From: Candidatus Nitrospinota bacterium M3_3B_026
GTDB taxonomy: Bacteria > Nitrospinota_A > UBA7883 > JBPRGF01
Direction of reading: 5' to 3'
Length of the DNA: 64,000 nucleotides
Assembly: GCA_051418015.1 (NCBI GenBank)
Contig: JBPRGF010000033.1
Span: 416,001-480,000 of the forward strand
Shown in pieces: positions 40,005 through 48,020 of the stretch; position 1 is the stretch's first letter, and the number at the start of each line of letters is the position of its first letter. The position numbers were made by a program, and so were the translations under genes. The notes beneath the pieces are model-generated. The model was not told the DNA's origin. It saw only the letters and a list, made by a program, of their open reading frames with translations, and did not search any database.

Positions 40005-41837
40005 CTATCGCAGGTCGATAGTGAGAACACCGGACTTATCGCCCTCCAGCCCGTCGGCGTCCACCGCCGAGACGGCGAAGTCCTCCCTGTCGCCGGGCCC
40101 GAAACCGCTGAGGATATAAAAAGTCTCTCTCGTGGAGCCTGCCTGTTTCCACCCAAAAAAGCCTTTCGCGTGGATCAGGTACCGGGTGATGTCCACTTCC
40201 TTGTTCGGGTCCCATTTCAGAACCACGTTAGGGCCTTCCATTTCCCACCTCAGGCCGTGGACGGGGTCAGGTCTTTTCTTGGTCGTGGCAGAGACCACCT
40301 CTGAAAACTCTCCCTCCATATTGAACTGGTCGACCGCCTGTATCTTGTAATAATAGGTCTTGTCGCTTTCCAGCCCCTCGTCCAGATAATAGTTTCTGTC
40401 CGCGGGGACCTCGCCTATCATCTTGAACTCGCCTATTTCGGACTCGGAGCGGAATATCCTGTACTTCACAAGGCCCTCTTCCGGGCTTTTTCTCCAAGTG
40501 ACGGGAACCTGCTTCGGGCGGTTGCTCGTCGTCTCCACGTTCTCCGGGGCCATGGGCCGGGGCTTCGTCGTCGCGGAGACCGGCTCGCTCAGCTCAGAGC
40601 GCGACCCGGCCCAGTTGTAGGCCTGTATCTTGTAATAATAGACCGTGAAATTCTCCAGCCCCCCGCCGGAGCCGAAAATCCCGATGGTCTCCCCGTCAAC
40701 GTAGGAGGTTTTATCCCTGCCCGAGATGTCGGCGATCTGTGCGTAGGGGCCCTTTTTCTCCTTCGCCCTGTATATAAGATAGCCGCGGACGTTCTCGTCC
40801 TCATGGGCCGTCCAGGACAGGGGGACATTACGCGGCCGCCAGCTGTCCGCCGTCAGCCCCTCCGGAGGGTCCGGCGGATGGGCCGTCGTGACGGGGACCG
40901 GGCCGCTCTTCTCTCCTTCGTCCCCATACGGGCTCAGGGCGGATATGGCGTAGAAATACTTTACGGCGTCGTCCAGCTTCGGCGAGTTCGGGATTCCGCC
41001 GCCGTAGTCGTGATATTCGGTCTTGTCCCTGCCCTTGATCTCCTTGACGAGCTTGAAAGGCCCGCGGGGGGCGCGGCTCCTGTATATCCTGTAGCCGGAG
41101 ACATCCCTGTCCTCGCCCGGTTTCCAGGTCAGCCGGACGGACCGTATCAGGCCGGACTCGCCCGCAAGGCCCTCCGGGGGCGACGGCGGTCCCATGGTGG
41201 TCACTTTCATGACCTTGGAAGGATCGCTCTCGACGTCGATGATGTTGACGGCCGTCACGCGGTAGTAATATATCCTGGAATCCTCCAGCGGATTGAAAAC
41301 GGAGTGCTTGTCGATGTATTCCGTTTCACCGCGCTTTTTGTTTCCTATGACCCTGAAAGGCCCGTCCGCTGAATCCGCCCGGTATATCTTGTATTCCTTG
41401 ACCTCGGGCTCCGGCGATTCGTTCCACGCCAGCCTGTTTTTGCGGTACCCGGCCGCGGAGCCGGTCAGGCCGGACGGGGGGGCGGCGGTTCTCCTGGCCT
41501 TGTCGCCCGGGGCGATGTTCCGCGCGCCTTGCAATATCCTGATGGAGGCCAACCCTCCATCCTGTTTCGCCAGGACCTCCACCACACCCGTCACCTCCTC
41601 GCGGCCGGGGCGCGCCTTGCCGGTCTTCTCGTCAACGGCCGGGCCCGTGTCCCGAACCACCACGAGCTTTTCCTTCTCGGCCACGCCGGCCCCCTCGAAA
41701 GTCTTCAAAACCCCCGTGGAGTCTTTCGCGTTGATCTGCAGGATGTAGCCCTTGCCGGAAGGGGCGGCGGACACATGGCCGGAAAACGCCGTTATAAACA
41801 GGCAGAAGGCCAGAACAGCGGGCGCGGAGTTTCTCAT
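40005..41837 (-). CDS. Secreted fibronectin type III repeat protein
   Basis: Signal peptide; about five repeats of L.W....Y.IYR...Y.D....YYY...A; exact 21-nt internal repeat at 40336-40356 and 40621-40641. Confidence 0.85.
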   Translation of the reverse strand: MRNSAPAVLAFCLFITAFSGHVSAAPSGKGYILQINAKDSTGVLKTFEGAGVAEKEKLVVVRDTGPAVDEKTGKARPGREEVTGVVEVLAKQDGGLASIRILQGARNIAPGDKARRTAAPPSGLTGSAAGYRKNRLAWNESPEPEVKEYKIYRADSADGPFRVIGNKKRGETEYIDKHSVFNPLEDSRIYYYRVTAVNIIDVESDPSKVMKVTTMGPPSPPEGLAGESGLIRSVRLTWKPGEDRDVSGYRIYRSRAPRGPFKLVKEIKGRDKTEYHDYGGGIPNSPKLDDAVKYFYAISALSPYGDEGEKSGPVPVTTAHPPDPPEGLTADSWRPRNVPLSWTAHEDENVRGYLIYRAKEKKGPYAQIADISGRDKTSYVDGETIGIFGSGGGLENFTVYYYKIQAYNWAGSRSELSEPVSATTKPRPMAPENVETTSNRPKQVPVTWRKSPEEGLVKYRIFRSESEIGEFKMIGEVPADRNYYLDEGLESDKTYYYKIQAVDQFNMEGEFSEVVSATTKKRPDPVHGLRWEMEGPNVVLKWDPNKEVDITRYLIHAKGFFGWKQAGSTRETFYILSGFGPGDREDFAVSAVDADGLEGDKSGVLTIDLR

Positions 41838-41900
41838 CGCTCAGTTTTCAAGCGCCTGGATCATTATCACAAAAACCTTCAGCGGAAGTTCAAGCCGAAA

Positions 41901-41927
41901 CACCGCCCGGTGGCGCCGTGGGCGGTG
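41901..41927. terminator. GC-rich hairpin downstream of leuS (possible terminator)
   Basis: CACCGCCC-N11-GGGCGGTG, flanked by GAAA and TTTC; only a short U-tract. Confidence 0.35.
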
Positions 41928-41959
41928 GAGTTTCCATTATAATCGAACCAGGGCGCGCC

Positions 41960-44458
41960 CTACACTACCACGTTGACCAGCCTGCCGGGGACAACTATGA
42001 CCTTTCTCACTTCCTTCCCCATTATCCGCTCCGCCACCTTCGGCTGCTCCAGGGCGAGTTTTTCAAGCTCTTCTTTTGAGGCGTCCGCGGGAACGGTCAT
42101 CTTCGCGCGCAGTTTGCCGTTCACCTGCACGACGACCAGCGCCTCCTCCTCCACGAGGCAGGCTTCGTCCGCCACGGGCCATGGCTGGTCCATCGCAAGC
42201 CCCTCCGCCCCGGCCATCTCCCAAAGCTCGCTCGCAAGATGCGGCGCGAAGGGCGACAAAAGCAGGGCCAGCGTCTGGACCGCCTCTCGGAGAGCGGCCG
42301 CCGCATATCCCTCGTCCTTCCACTCCACGGCGTTGAGAGTGTTCACGAACTCCATGATCGCCGCTATGGCGGTGTTGAACTGGAACCTGTCGAAATCCCT
42401 GGAGACCCTGTCTATGGTCTTGCTCGTGGCCCTCCTGACATCGGCCAGCTTCTTCGGAAGATCGGAAAGCGCTGGAGGCTGGCGGTCCGCCTTCCGCAAA
42501 AGCTCAAGATTACCCGTGACGAGCCTGTGAACGCGGTTCAGGAAACGCGACGCGCCCTCCATCCCCGTATCCTCCCATTCCAGGTCACGCTCCGGCGGGG
42601 CGGCGAAAAGGATAAAAAGCCTTGTGGCGTCGGCTCCGTATCGCTCCGCCATCTCGTCGAGGGGGACGACGTTGCCTTTCGATTTGCTCATCTTCGCGCC
42701 GTCCTTTATGACCATCCCCTGCGTCAGAAGATTCTCGAACGGCTCGGATACGCCGACGGCTCCGATATCCTTCAGGAATCTTGTGAAAAACCGGGCGTAC
42801 AGAAGATGCAGTACGGCGTGCTCTATCCCGCCTATGTACTGGTCCACCGGCAGCCAGTAGTCGACGTCATCCCTATCCGCCATCGCCGTATCGAGCCGCG
42901 CCGAGGCGTACCTGAAAAAGTACCAGGACGAGCACATGAAGGTGTCCATGGTGTCCGTCTCCCGCCGGGCCGGGCCGCCGCAGGAGGGGCACTCCGTGTT
43001 TACGAAAGCCTCCAGATCCGGCAGCGGCGAGTGGCCGCTTTCTGGAAACTCTATGTCCGCGGGCAGGATGACGGGAAGCTGCTCATCCGGGACGCGGACG
43101 GGCCCGCACTTTTCGCAGTGGACTATCGGTATCGGCGCGCCCCAGTAGCGCTGGCGGGATATCCCCCAGTCGCGCAGCCTGTAGCTTGTCGCCCTGCGGC
43201 CGATCCCCTCGCTCTCCAGGTGTTCGATTATCTTCGGAATCCCCTCTTTCCTGTTGTGAAGCCCGTTGAAGGGGCCGGAATTGACCATTATCCCGTCGCC
43301 GGTGTACGCCTCGGCCATCGACTCGCTGTCAGCCGCGCTGCCGTTGTCTTCCGGCTCATCCTCGGGGCGGATGACGCGGCGGATGGGGATGTCGTATTTC
43401 ATGGCGAAATCGAAGTCGCGCTGGTCGTGGGCGGGCACGCTCATTATCGCCCCGGAGCCGTACTCCAGCAGGACGAAGTTGGCCAGCCATATCGGTATCA
43501 GCTCCCCGGTCAGCGGGTTGCGCGCCCAGCGGCCCGTGAATACACCCTTTTTCTCCGTATCCTCGGCCCAGCGGCTGGTCGAGTCCTGGGAGACGGTCTC
43601 GCGGATGAAGTCCGCGACGTCCTTTTCAAGCTCGGAATCCCTGGCAAGCTCCGCGCTTAAAGCGCTCTCCGGGGCCAGGGCCATGAATGTGGCGCCGTAG
43701 AGGGTATCGGGCCTGGTGGTGAAGACTTTTATGGCGCCGCCGCCTTCTATCTCGAAATCGACGCTTGCGCCGTGGGATTTGCCGATCCAGTTTCTCTGCA
43801 TGGCGATGACCCGCTCCGGCCAGCCGCCGGAAAGCTCTTCGAGGCCGTCCAGAAGCTCCTCGGCGTAGTCCGTGATCTTCAGGAACCACCCTTCCCTTTC
43901 CTGCTGGTCGACGGGGCTGTCGCAACGCCAGCAGGCGCCGTCTATCACCTGCTCGTTGGCCAGCACCGTGGCGCACTTGCCGCACCAGTTGACGTAGGAC
44001 TTTTTGCGGCAGGCTTTCCCCTCGTCGAACATCCGGGCGAATATCCACTGCGTCCACTTGTAGTAGCCGGGATGGGAGGTGGCGACCTCCCTGTCCCAGT
44101 CGTAGGAGATGCTCATCAGCCTGAACTGGCGGCGCATCTCCTCTATGTTCTTAATGGTCCATTCGTATGGATGCGTCCTGTTCTCTATCGCCGCGTTCTC
44201 GGCGGGCATCCCGAACGAATCCCATCCTATCGGGTGAAGGACGTTGAGCCCCTCCATTCTCTTCCTGCGGGCTATGGCGTCGCCTATGGTGTAGTTTCTC
44301 AGGTGCCCCACGTGGAGCTTGCCCGACGGGTACGGGAACATCTCCAGCAGGTAGAACTTTTTACGCGACGGGTCAGTCTTTACCTTGAAGCTCCCCTGCT
44401 CTTCCCAGAACCGGCGCCATTTGCCCTCCACGGCGCGGAAGTCGTAAAAGTCAGCCAT
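41960..44458 (-). CDS. leuS: Leucine--tRNA ligase
   Basis: MFPYPSGKLHVGH, FTTRPDT editing domain, KMSKS. Confidence 0.98.
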   Translation of the reverse strand: MADFYDFRAVEGKWRRFWEEQGSFKVKTDPSRKKFYLLEMFPYPSGKLHVGHLRNYTIGDAIARRKRMEGLNVLHPIGWDSFGMPAENAAIENRTHPYEWTIKNIEEMRRQFRLMSISYDWDREVATSHPGYYKWTQWIFARMFDEGKACRKKSYVNWCGKCATVLANEQVIDGACWRCDSPVDQQEREGWFLKITDYAEELLDGLEELSGGWPERVIAMQRNWIGKSHGASVDFEIEGGGAIKVFTTRPDTLYGATFMALAPESALSAELARDSELEKDVADFIRETVSQDSTSRWAEDTEKKGVFTGRWARNPLTGELIPIWLANFVLLEYGSGAIMSVPAHDQRDFDFAMKYDIPIRRVIRPEDEPEDNGSAADSESMAEAYTGDGIMVNSGPFNGLHNRKEGIPKIIEHLESEGIGRRATSYRLRDWGISRQRYWGAPIPIVHCEKCGPVRVPDEQLPVILPADIEFPESGHSPLPDLEAFVNTECPSCGGPARRETDTMDTFMCSSWYFFRYASARLDTAMADRDDVDYWLPVDQYIGGIEHAVLHLLYARFFTRFLKDIGAVGVSEPFENLLTQGMVIKDGAKMSKSKGNVVPLDEMAERYGADATRLFILFAAPPERDLEWEDTGMEGASRFLNRVHRLVTGNLELLRKADRQPPALSDLPKKLADVRRATSKTIDRVSRDFDRFQFNTAIAAIMEFVNTLNAVEWKDEGYAAAALREAVQTLALLLSPFAPHLASELWEMAGAEGLAMDQPWPVADEACLVEEEALVVVQVNGKLRAKMTVPADASKEELEKLALEQPKVAERIMGKEVRKVIVVPGRLVNVVV

Positions 44459-44491
44459 TTCATTCCTGATACTAGGAAAATCGAAATGGTA

Positions 44492-44500
44492 ATTATAACA
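44492..44500 (-). promoter_or_regulatory. Extended -10 promoter of leuS
   Basis: Minus strand TGTTATAAT (TGn-TATAAT) 33 bp before the ATG. Confidence 0.6.
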
Positions 44501-44626
44501 GCAGGGAGTCCTCGCCGCGACATGAAGAGCCTATTCCGAGGGCTCCCGATGGAACCTTGGTTTCTCTTTTGTTCCTCGTGAATGCAGAAAAAGGCAAGAT
44601 CCCTCGCCCACCCACAAAACTCTTCC

Positions 44627-44896
44627 TCAGCGCTTGGTGTTCTTTTTGAGATATTCCAGCACTTTGCGCTCTTCGTCCTCCGAGAGGGGGACCATCCCCT
44701 TCTGCTCCATCCGCTTTCTCATCGTCTCCAGGACAACCTTCCACTGAGAGATTCTCAGGAACGAGGGGTCCGGAAGCTGATGGCAGATGGCGCATATCGT
44801 GTTGAAAATTTCCCCTCCTTCATCGGCGTCTCCGGCTCCCGCCGGCCTGGCGAGGGCGGCGAAGAGCGCCAGGAGAACAGCGGTCCTTCTGATCAT
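44627..44896 (-). CDS. Small periplasmic monoheme cytochrome c (89 aa)
   Basis: Start MIRRTAVLLAL at 44896 (ATGA overlap with the upstream gene); signal peptide, CAICH, distal Met candidates. Confidence 0.85.
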   Translation of the reverse strand: MIRRTAVLLALFAALARPAGAGDADEGGEIFNTICAICHQLPDPSFLRISQWKVVLETMRKRMEQKGMVPLSEDEERKVLEYLKKNTKR

Positions 44897-45438
44897 AGCG
44901 CCTCCAGAACGGCGTCGAGCTTGGAGCCCTGCTTGTAATCCTCGTTCATCCTCACAACGCCCGCTCCGTCTATGACCACCGTCGTCCCCATGGTCGCCCC
45001 GAACAGCCTCAGGACGGCCTGGTCCTCGTCCACCAGGATCGTAAAAGAGGTGTTCGCGTAACCGGCCGCGGCGGCCGCGGCGCGGGAGTTTTCGACCGAC
45101 CCGGAGACGTAATCGACCAAGACAAACCGCGTTCCCGGGAAGGCGGGAATGACGCTTCTTCTCATATGGTCCACGTGGCTGTAGCAGATCGGGCACCACA
45201 TCGTGAAATACAAAACCACCGCGTCCCGCCCTTCGAGCAGCTCTTCGAGGCCGCGCGATGCGCCGTTTATGTCCGGCATGGAGAAGCCAGGCGCGTTCTG
45301 TCCAACCTTCGCGCCGGCGCCCTCCGTCTCCGCGGCGCCGCTCTCATCGGCCCCGGAGGGCCTCAGGTCGTCCCCCATCCCCCCGCAGCCAGCGAGAGAA
45401 AGCGCCAGCGCCAGCGCCGCCGTCCTAATGAAACACAT
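44893..45438 (-). CDS. Redoxin/TlpA-like thioredoxin-fold lipoprotein
   Basis: Lipobox LAGC, GQNAPGFSMPD, YFTMWCPIC. Confidence 0.85.
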   Translation of the reverse strand: MCFIRTAALALALSLAGCGGMGDDLRPSGADESGAAETEGAGAKVGQNAPGFSMPDINGASRGLEELLEGRDAVVLYFTMWCPICYSHVDHMRRSVIPAFPGTRFVLVDYVSGSVENSRAAAAAAGYANTSFTILVDEDQAVLRLFGATMGTTVVIDGAGVVRMNEDYKQGSKLDAVLEAL

Positions 45439-46417
45439 GGCTGACTCCTATGGTGAAGATGTCCGTTATCGGGAAATTCTCGCCCCAGTCCGAGCCCCTT
45501 ATGGCGTGGTTATAGGTCAGCTTGTAGACCCACGCTCGATCCATGGTGGCCAGCGCCAGGGTGGCCGAGACAGACCTTTTCTCGATGCCCGTGGCGGGGT
45601 CCCGGACGCCGTCGATGGTCCCCTCCCCTTCCCACAGATCGGAATAGGCCAAAGTCGCCGTCAGGGATTTCATCGACTCCATGAAATGGGTGTAACCGCC
45701 CGAAAAGGTCCAAAGCCTCCTGTCGCCTAGCTTTTTGTGGTACGGCTTCACGTGGCCGCCGTACTCGCGGTTCACCGGCCGCTCGAAGTGGACGCCATAT
45801 GAGTACTGGAAGGATACGTTCCACGGATAGACCGTCTTGTCCAGCAGCACCGTGGCATCCAGCCTGTAAAAACCCCTGCCGGTGACATTGAAGCTTTCGC
45901 CCACGTCGTCGTAGGGCGAAACCCCCGTGGGGAGAGTGAGCGTCGCGCCGAAATAGGCGGCGGGCTTCAGGTCGTCCCACGACTTCACGCTCCACACGCA
46001 GCGGATGTCGTCGAACGCTTCGTACCAGACCGACGCGGCGATGTCCCCCGGCCCGCTGGCTCTGTAGCTCGAGTTGGCGTACTCGTTGTCGTTCCAGACG
46101 TAGGGAAGAACGACGCTCGCCTGCCAGCGATCCGCCAGGCGCTTTGCGTACCCCAGGTTGAGGCGGTACTGCCTCAGGTCGGAGCCGGGAGGATCGCTCT
46201 GGGAATCGCCGTTTTTGTCCCAGTAGCCATCATAAAGCTCAGCGTCGAAGGAGACGTCCAGCATCGACTTCGAAAACTTCGGGAGGACCAGCGACGCCGC
46301 CGACCCGCCGCCGCAGCACGACGCCGCCAGCGCCGCGCCCGGAGGGAGGGCGGCGGCCCCCGCGATGAGGACCGCCGCTATCGTCATCCTGATTCCAGAA
46401 CACTTTGTCCGGTTCAT
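45425..46417 (-). CDS. Outer-membrane beta-barrel transporter (MetA-pathway/COG4313-like) with N-terminal Cys-Cys
   Basis: Signal peptide then SCCGGG; GPGDI...Y and LTLPTG motifs; alternating aromatic strands; C-terminal VSHVFH. Confidence 0.7.
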   Translation of the reverse strand: MNRTKCSGIRMTIAAVLIAGAAALPPGAALAASCCGGGSAASLVLPKFSKSMLDVSFDAELYDGYWDKNGDSQSDPPGSDLRQYRLNLGYAKRLADRWQASVVLPYVWNDNEYANSSYRASGPGDIAASVWYEAFDDIRCVWSVKSWDDLKPAAYFGATLTLPTGVSPYDDVGESFNVTGRGFYRLDATVLLDKTVYPWNVSFQYSYGVHFERPVNREYGGHVKPYHKKLGDRRLWTFSGGYTHFMESMKSLTATLAYSDLWEGEGTIDGVRDPATGIEKRSVSATLALATMDRAWVYKLTYNHAIRGSDWGENFPITDIFTIGVSHVFH

Positions 46418-46434
46418 GATAAGCTTCCCCGCGC

Positions 46435-47334
46435 CTACATGGACGCGCCGGGCGTCACGGTGAAGACCTGGTAGGCGTTCTCACCCGAAGCCGCCTGGCC
46501 GTCGGTGGTGCGCTGGGTTCCGTTTATGAACAGCCTGACGAGGATGGAACCCTCCTCCCCGTCGCTGAGACCGGCCAGGCCCGACACGGAAAAGTAGCCC
46601 GAGCCCTCCTCGGCCATGTCCGTCCAGCTCGCGCCGCCGTCGGTGGAAACCTGCAGCGTGACGCTGTTCACCGGCCAGGACGCGCCGTTCTCATCGGTCA
46701 GGCTTTGCCCCGAATAAACAGCCGGGTGGCTCATCATGCTCTCCCGTGTCGCCAGGAAGATTTTAAAAGCGTGGCTCCCGGTCGAGCCGGTGAGCGACTC
46801 CTTGAACAGGTAATACGGCCTGGTCTCGGCGCCCGTCATGCTGGCGATCATGTCAGCGTCGTTCTTCAGGGTCGCCTTGGCCGTCCCTCCCATGGCCATC
46901 GTCACCTCCGGGTTGAAGGTGGCCTGCTCGCCGGAGACCGTGACATCCACGTTCCATGTCCCCATCCTCATGCCGTTCATAACGGAGGCCATCAGGTAGT
47001 AGGCGACCACGGTGTACGATCCGTCGCCATTGTCCGTCACGGTCCCCATGGGCGTGCCGTGGTTCATGGACTCCATGGCCATCCACACGTTGATAAAACC
47101 GGAAAGACCCGAAACGGGCGTTTCGGAGGTCTTGTTCGTCACGGTGACGGTGAAAACGGACCGTCCCTCCGCCTGCGAGGTCACAGGGGTGAACTCCACT
47201 CTGTAGGTGGCCGTCTGGGCGGTCGTTGTCGATGAGTCATCGGCGCCGGTGGAGCCGCCGCTTGAGCTTGACCCGCACGCCGCCAGGGAGGCGGTCATCG
47301 CCGCCGCCATAAAAAGATTCAATAACGCTCTCAT
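46435..47334 (-). CDS. Met/His-rich YtkA/FixH-like lipoprotein (putative Cu chaperone)
   Basis: Lipobox LAAC; WMAMESMNHGTP, YYLMASVMNGMRMGTW, ESMMSHP. Confidence 0.7.
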   Translation of the reverse strand: MRALLNLFMAAAMTASLAACGSSSSGGSTGADDSSTTTAQTATYRVEFTPVTSQAEGRSVFTVTVTNKTSETPVSGLSGFINVWMAMESMNHGTPMGTVTDNGDGSYTVVAYYLMASVMNGMRMGTWNVDVTVSGEQATFNPEVTMAMGGTAKATLKNDADMIASMTGAETRPYYLFKESLTGSTGSHAFKIFLATRESMMSHPAVYSGQSLTDENGASWPVNSVTLQVSTDGGASWTDMAEEGSGYFSVSGLAGLSDGEEGSILVRLFINGTQRTTDGQAASGENAYQVFTVTPGASM

Positions 47335-47489
47335 GGCGCAGTTTCTCCATAGAAGTTGAAATATATGTCCGGTGAAGCTCCCGGGCCGGTTCTCGGGTCG
47401 CCGGCGGATGGAAAAAGAGCGCCTGCCGCCCTTGCCCGCTATGGCGCAAAGACGCCTCCGGGAGTTTTTATGGTCGGATAAAGAAGGCT

Positions 47490-47903
47490 TTAGACCCTGG
47501 GAGGGCGTGGATCGAGAGAATCCTGATAGCTTTCGCCGGTTCCGGACTCCGGCGGGATCATGTTCGCGCTTTTTTCAATATACGGCTTTTTCACGCTCTC
47601 GGCGAGCAGATCGCCCCCGGAAGCGCCAAGACCGTTCTCCCCGCCGCCTGGCAGGGTATCGCAGTTTTTAAGGCAGCAACCAGATTTCGAGGAGCCGTTC
47701 AGGGCTCCGATCAGACAGATTTTCGTCCCGCGCACAATCCGGCAGGTTTTCATGTGGGAGTGGGTTTTCATGTCGTGGAAAGCCTCATCGCCGGAAGAGG
47801 CGGCATGGCCCGCATGGGCAGAGGCGCAAGCGTCCGGCGCCAGGGCCAGAAGGATCGGCGCGGCGAACAATACGGCTATGGCTTTTCCGAACCCCCTCAT
47901 CAT
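47490..47903 (-). CDS. Exported His/Cys-rich leader protein ending in PRPP (DUF2946/CruR/CutF-like candidate)
   Basis: N-terminal signal-like segment, 5 His, 6 Cys including CCxxxC, C-terminus DSLDPRPPRV; first gene of the operon. Confidence 0.6.
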   Translation of the reverse strand: MMRGFGKAIAVLFAAPILLALAPDACASAHAGHAASSGDEAFHDMKTHSHMKTCRIVRGTKICLIGALNGSSKSGCCLKNCDTLPGGGENGLGASGGDLLAESVKKPYIEKSANMIPPESGTGESYQDSLDPRPPRV

Positions 47904-47978
47904 CTAGAACATCCGATCAGATGGTTTTTATTTTCCATAACATGATAACGCAAAAATCCGCGGCAGGCCACTCCCCCC

Positions 47979-48004
47979 CATGACTTCGGCGCCGTCAAGT
48001 CATG
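47979..48004. repeat. Inverted repeat (operator or terminator hairpin)
   Basis: CATGACTT-N10-AAGTCATG between the GT-C gene stop and the leader ORF. Confidence 0.5.
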
Positions 48005-48020
48005 AAACAAGACCGCGCCC

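Noticed and set aside
44897..45199. N-terminal extension of the cytochrome c ORF
   Set aside because: Overlaps the redoxin gene; the signal peptide starts at 44896
46310..46325. Possible selenocysteine in the SCC motif of the barrel
   Set aside because: Both codons are TGC; no in-frame TGA
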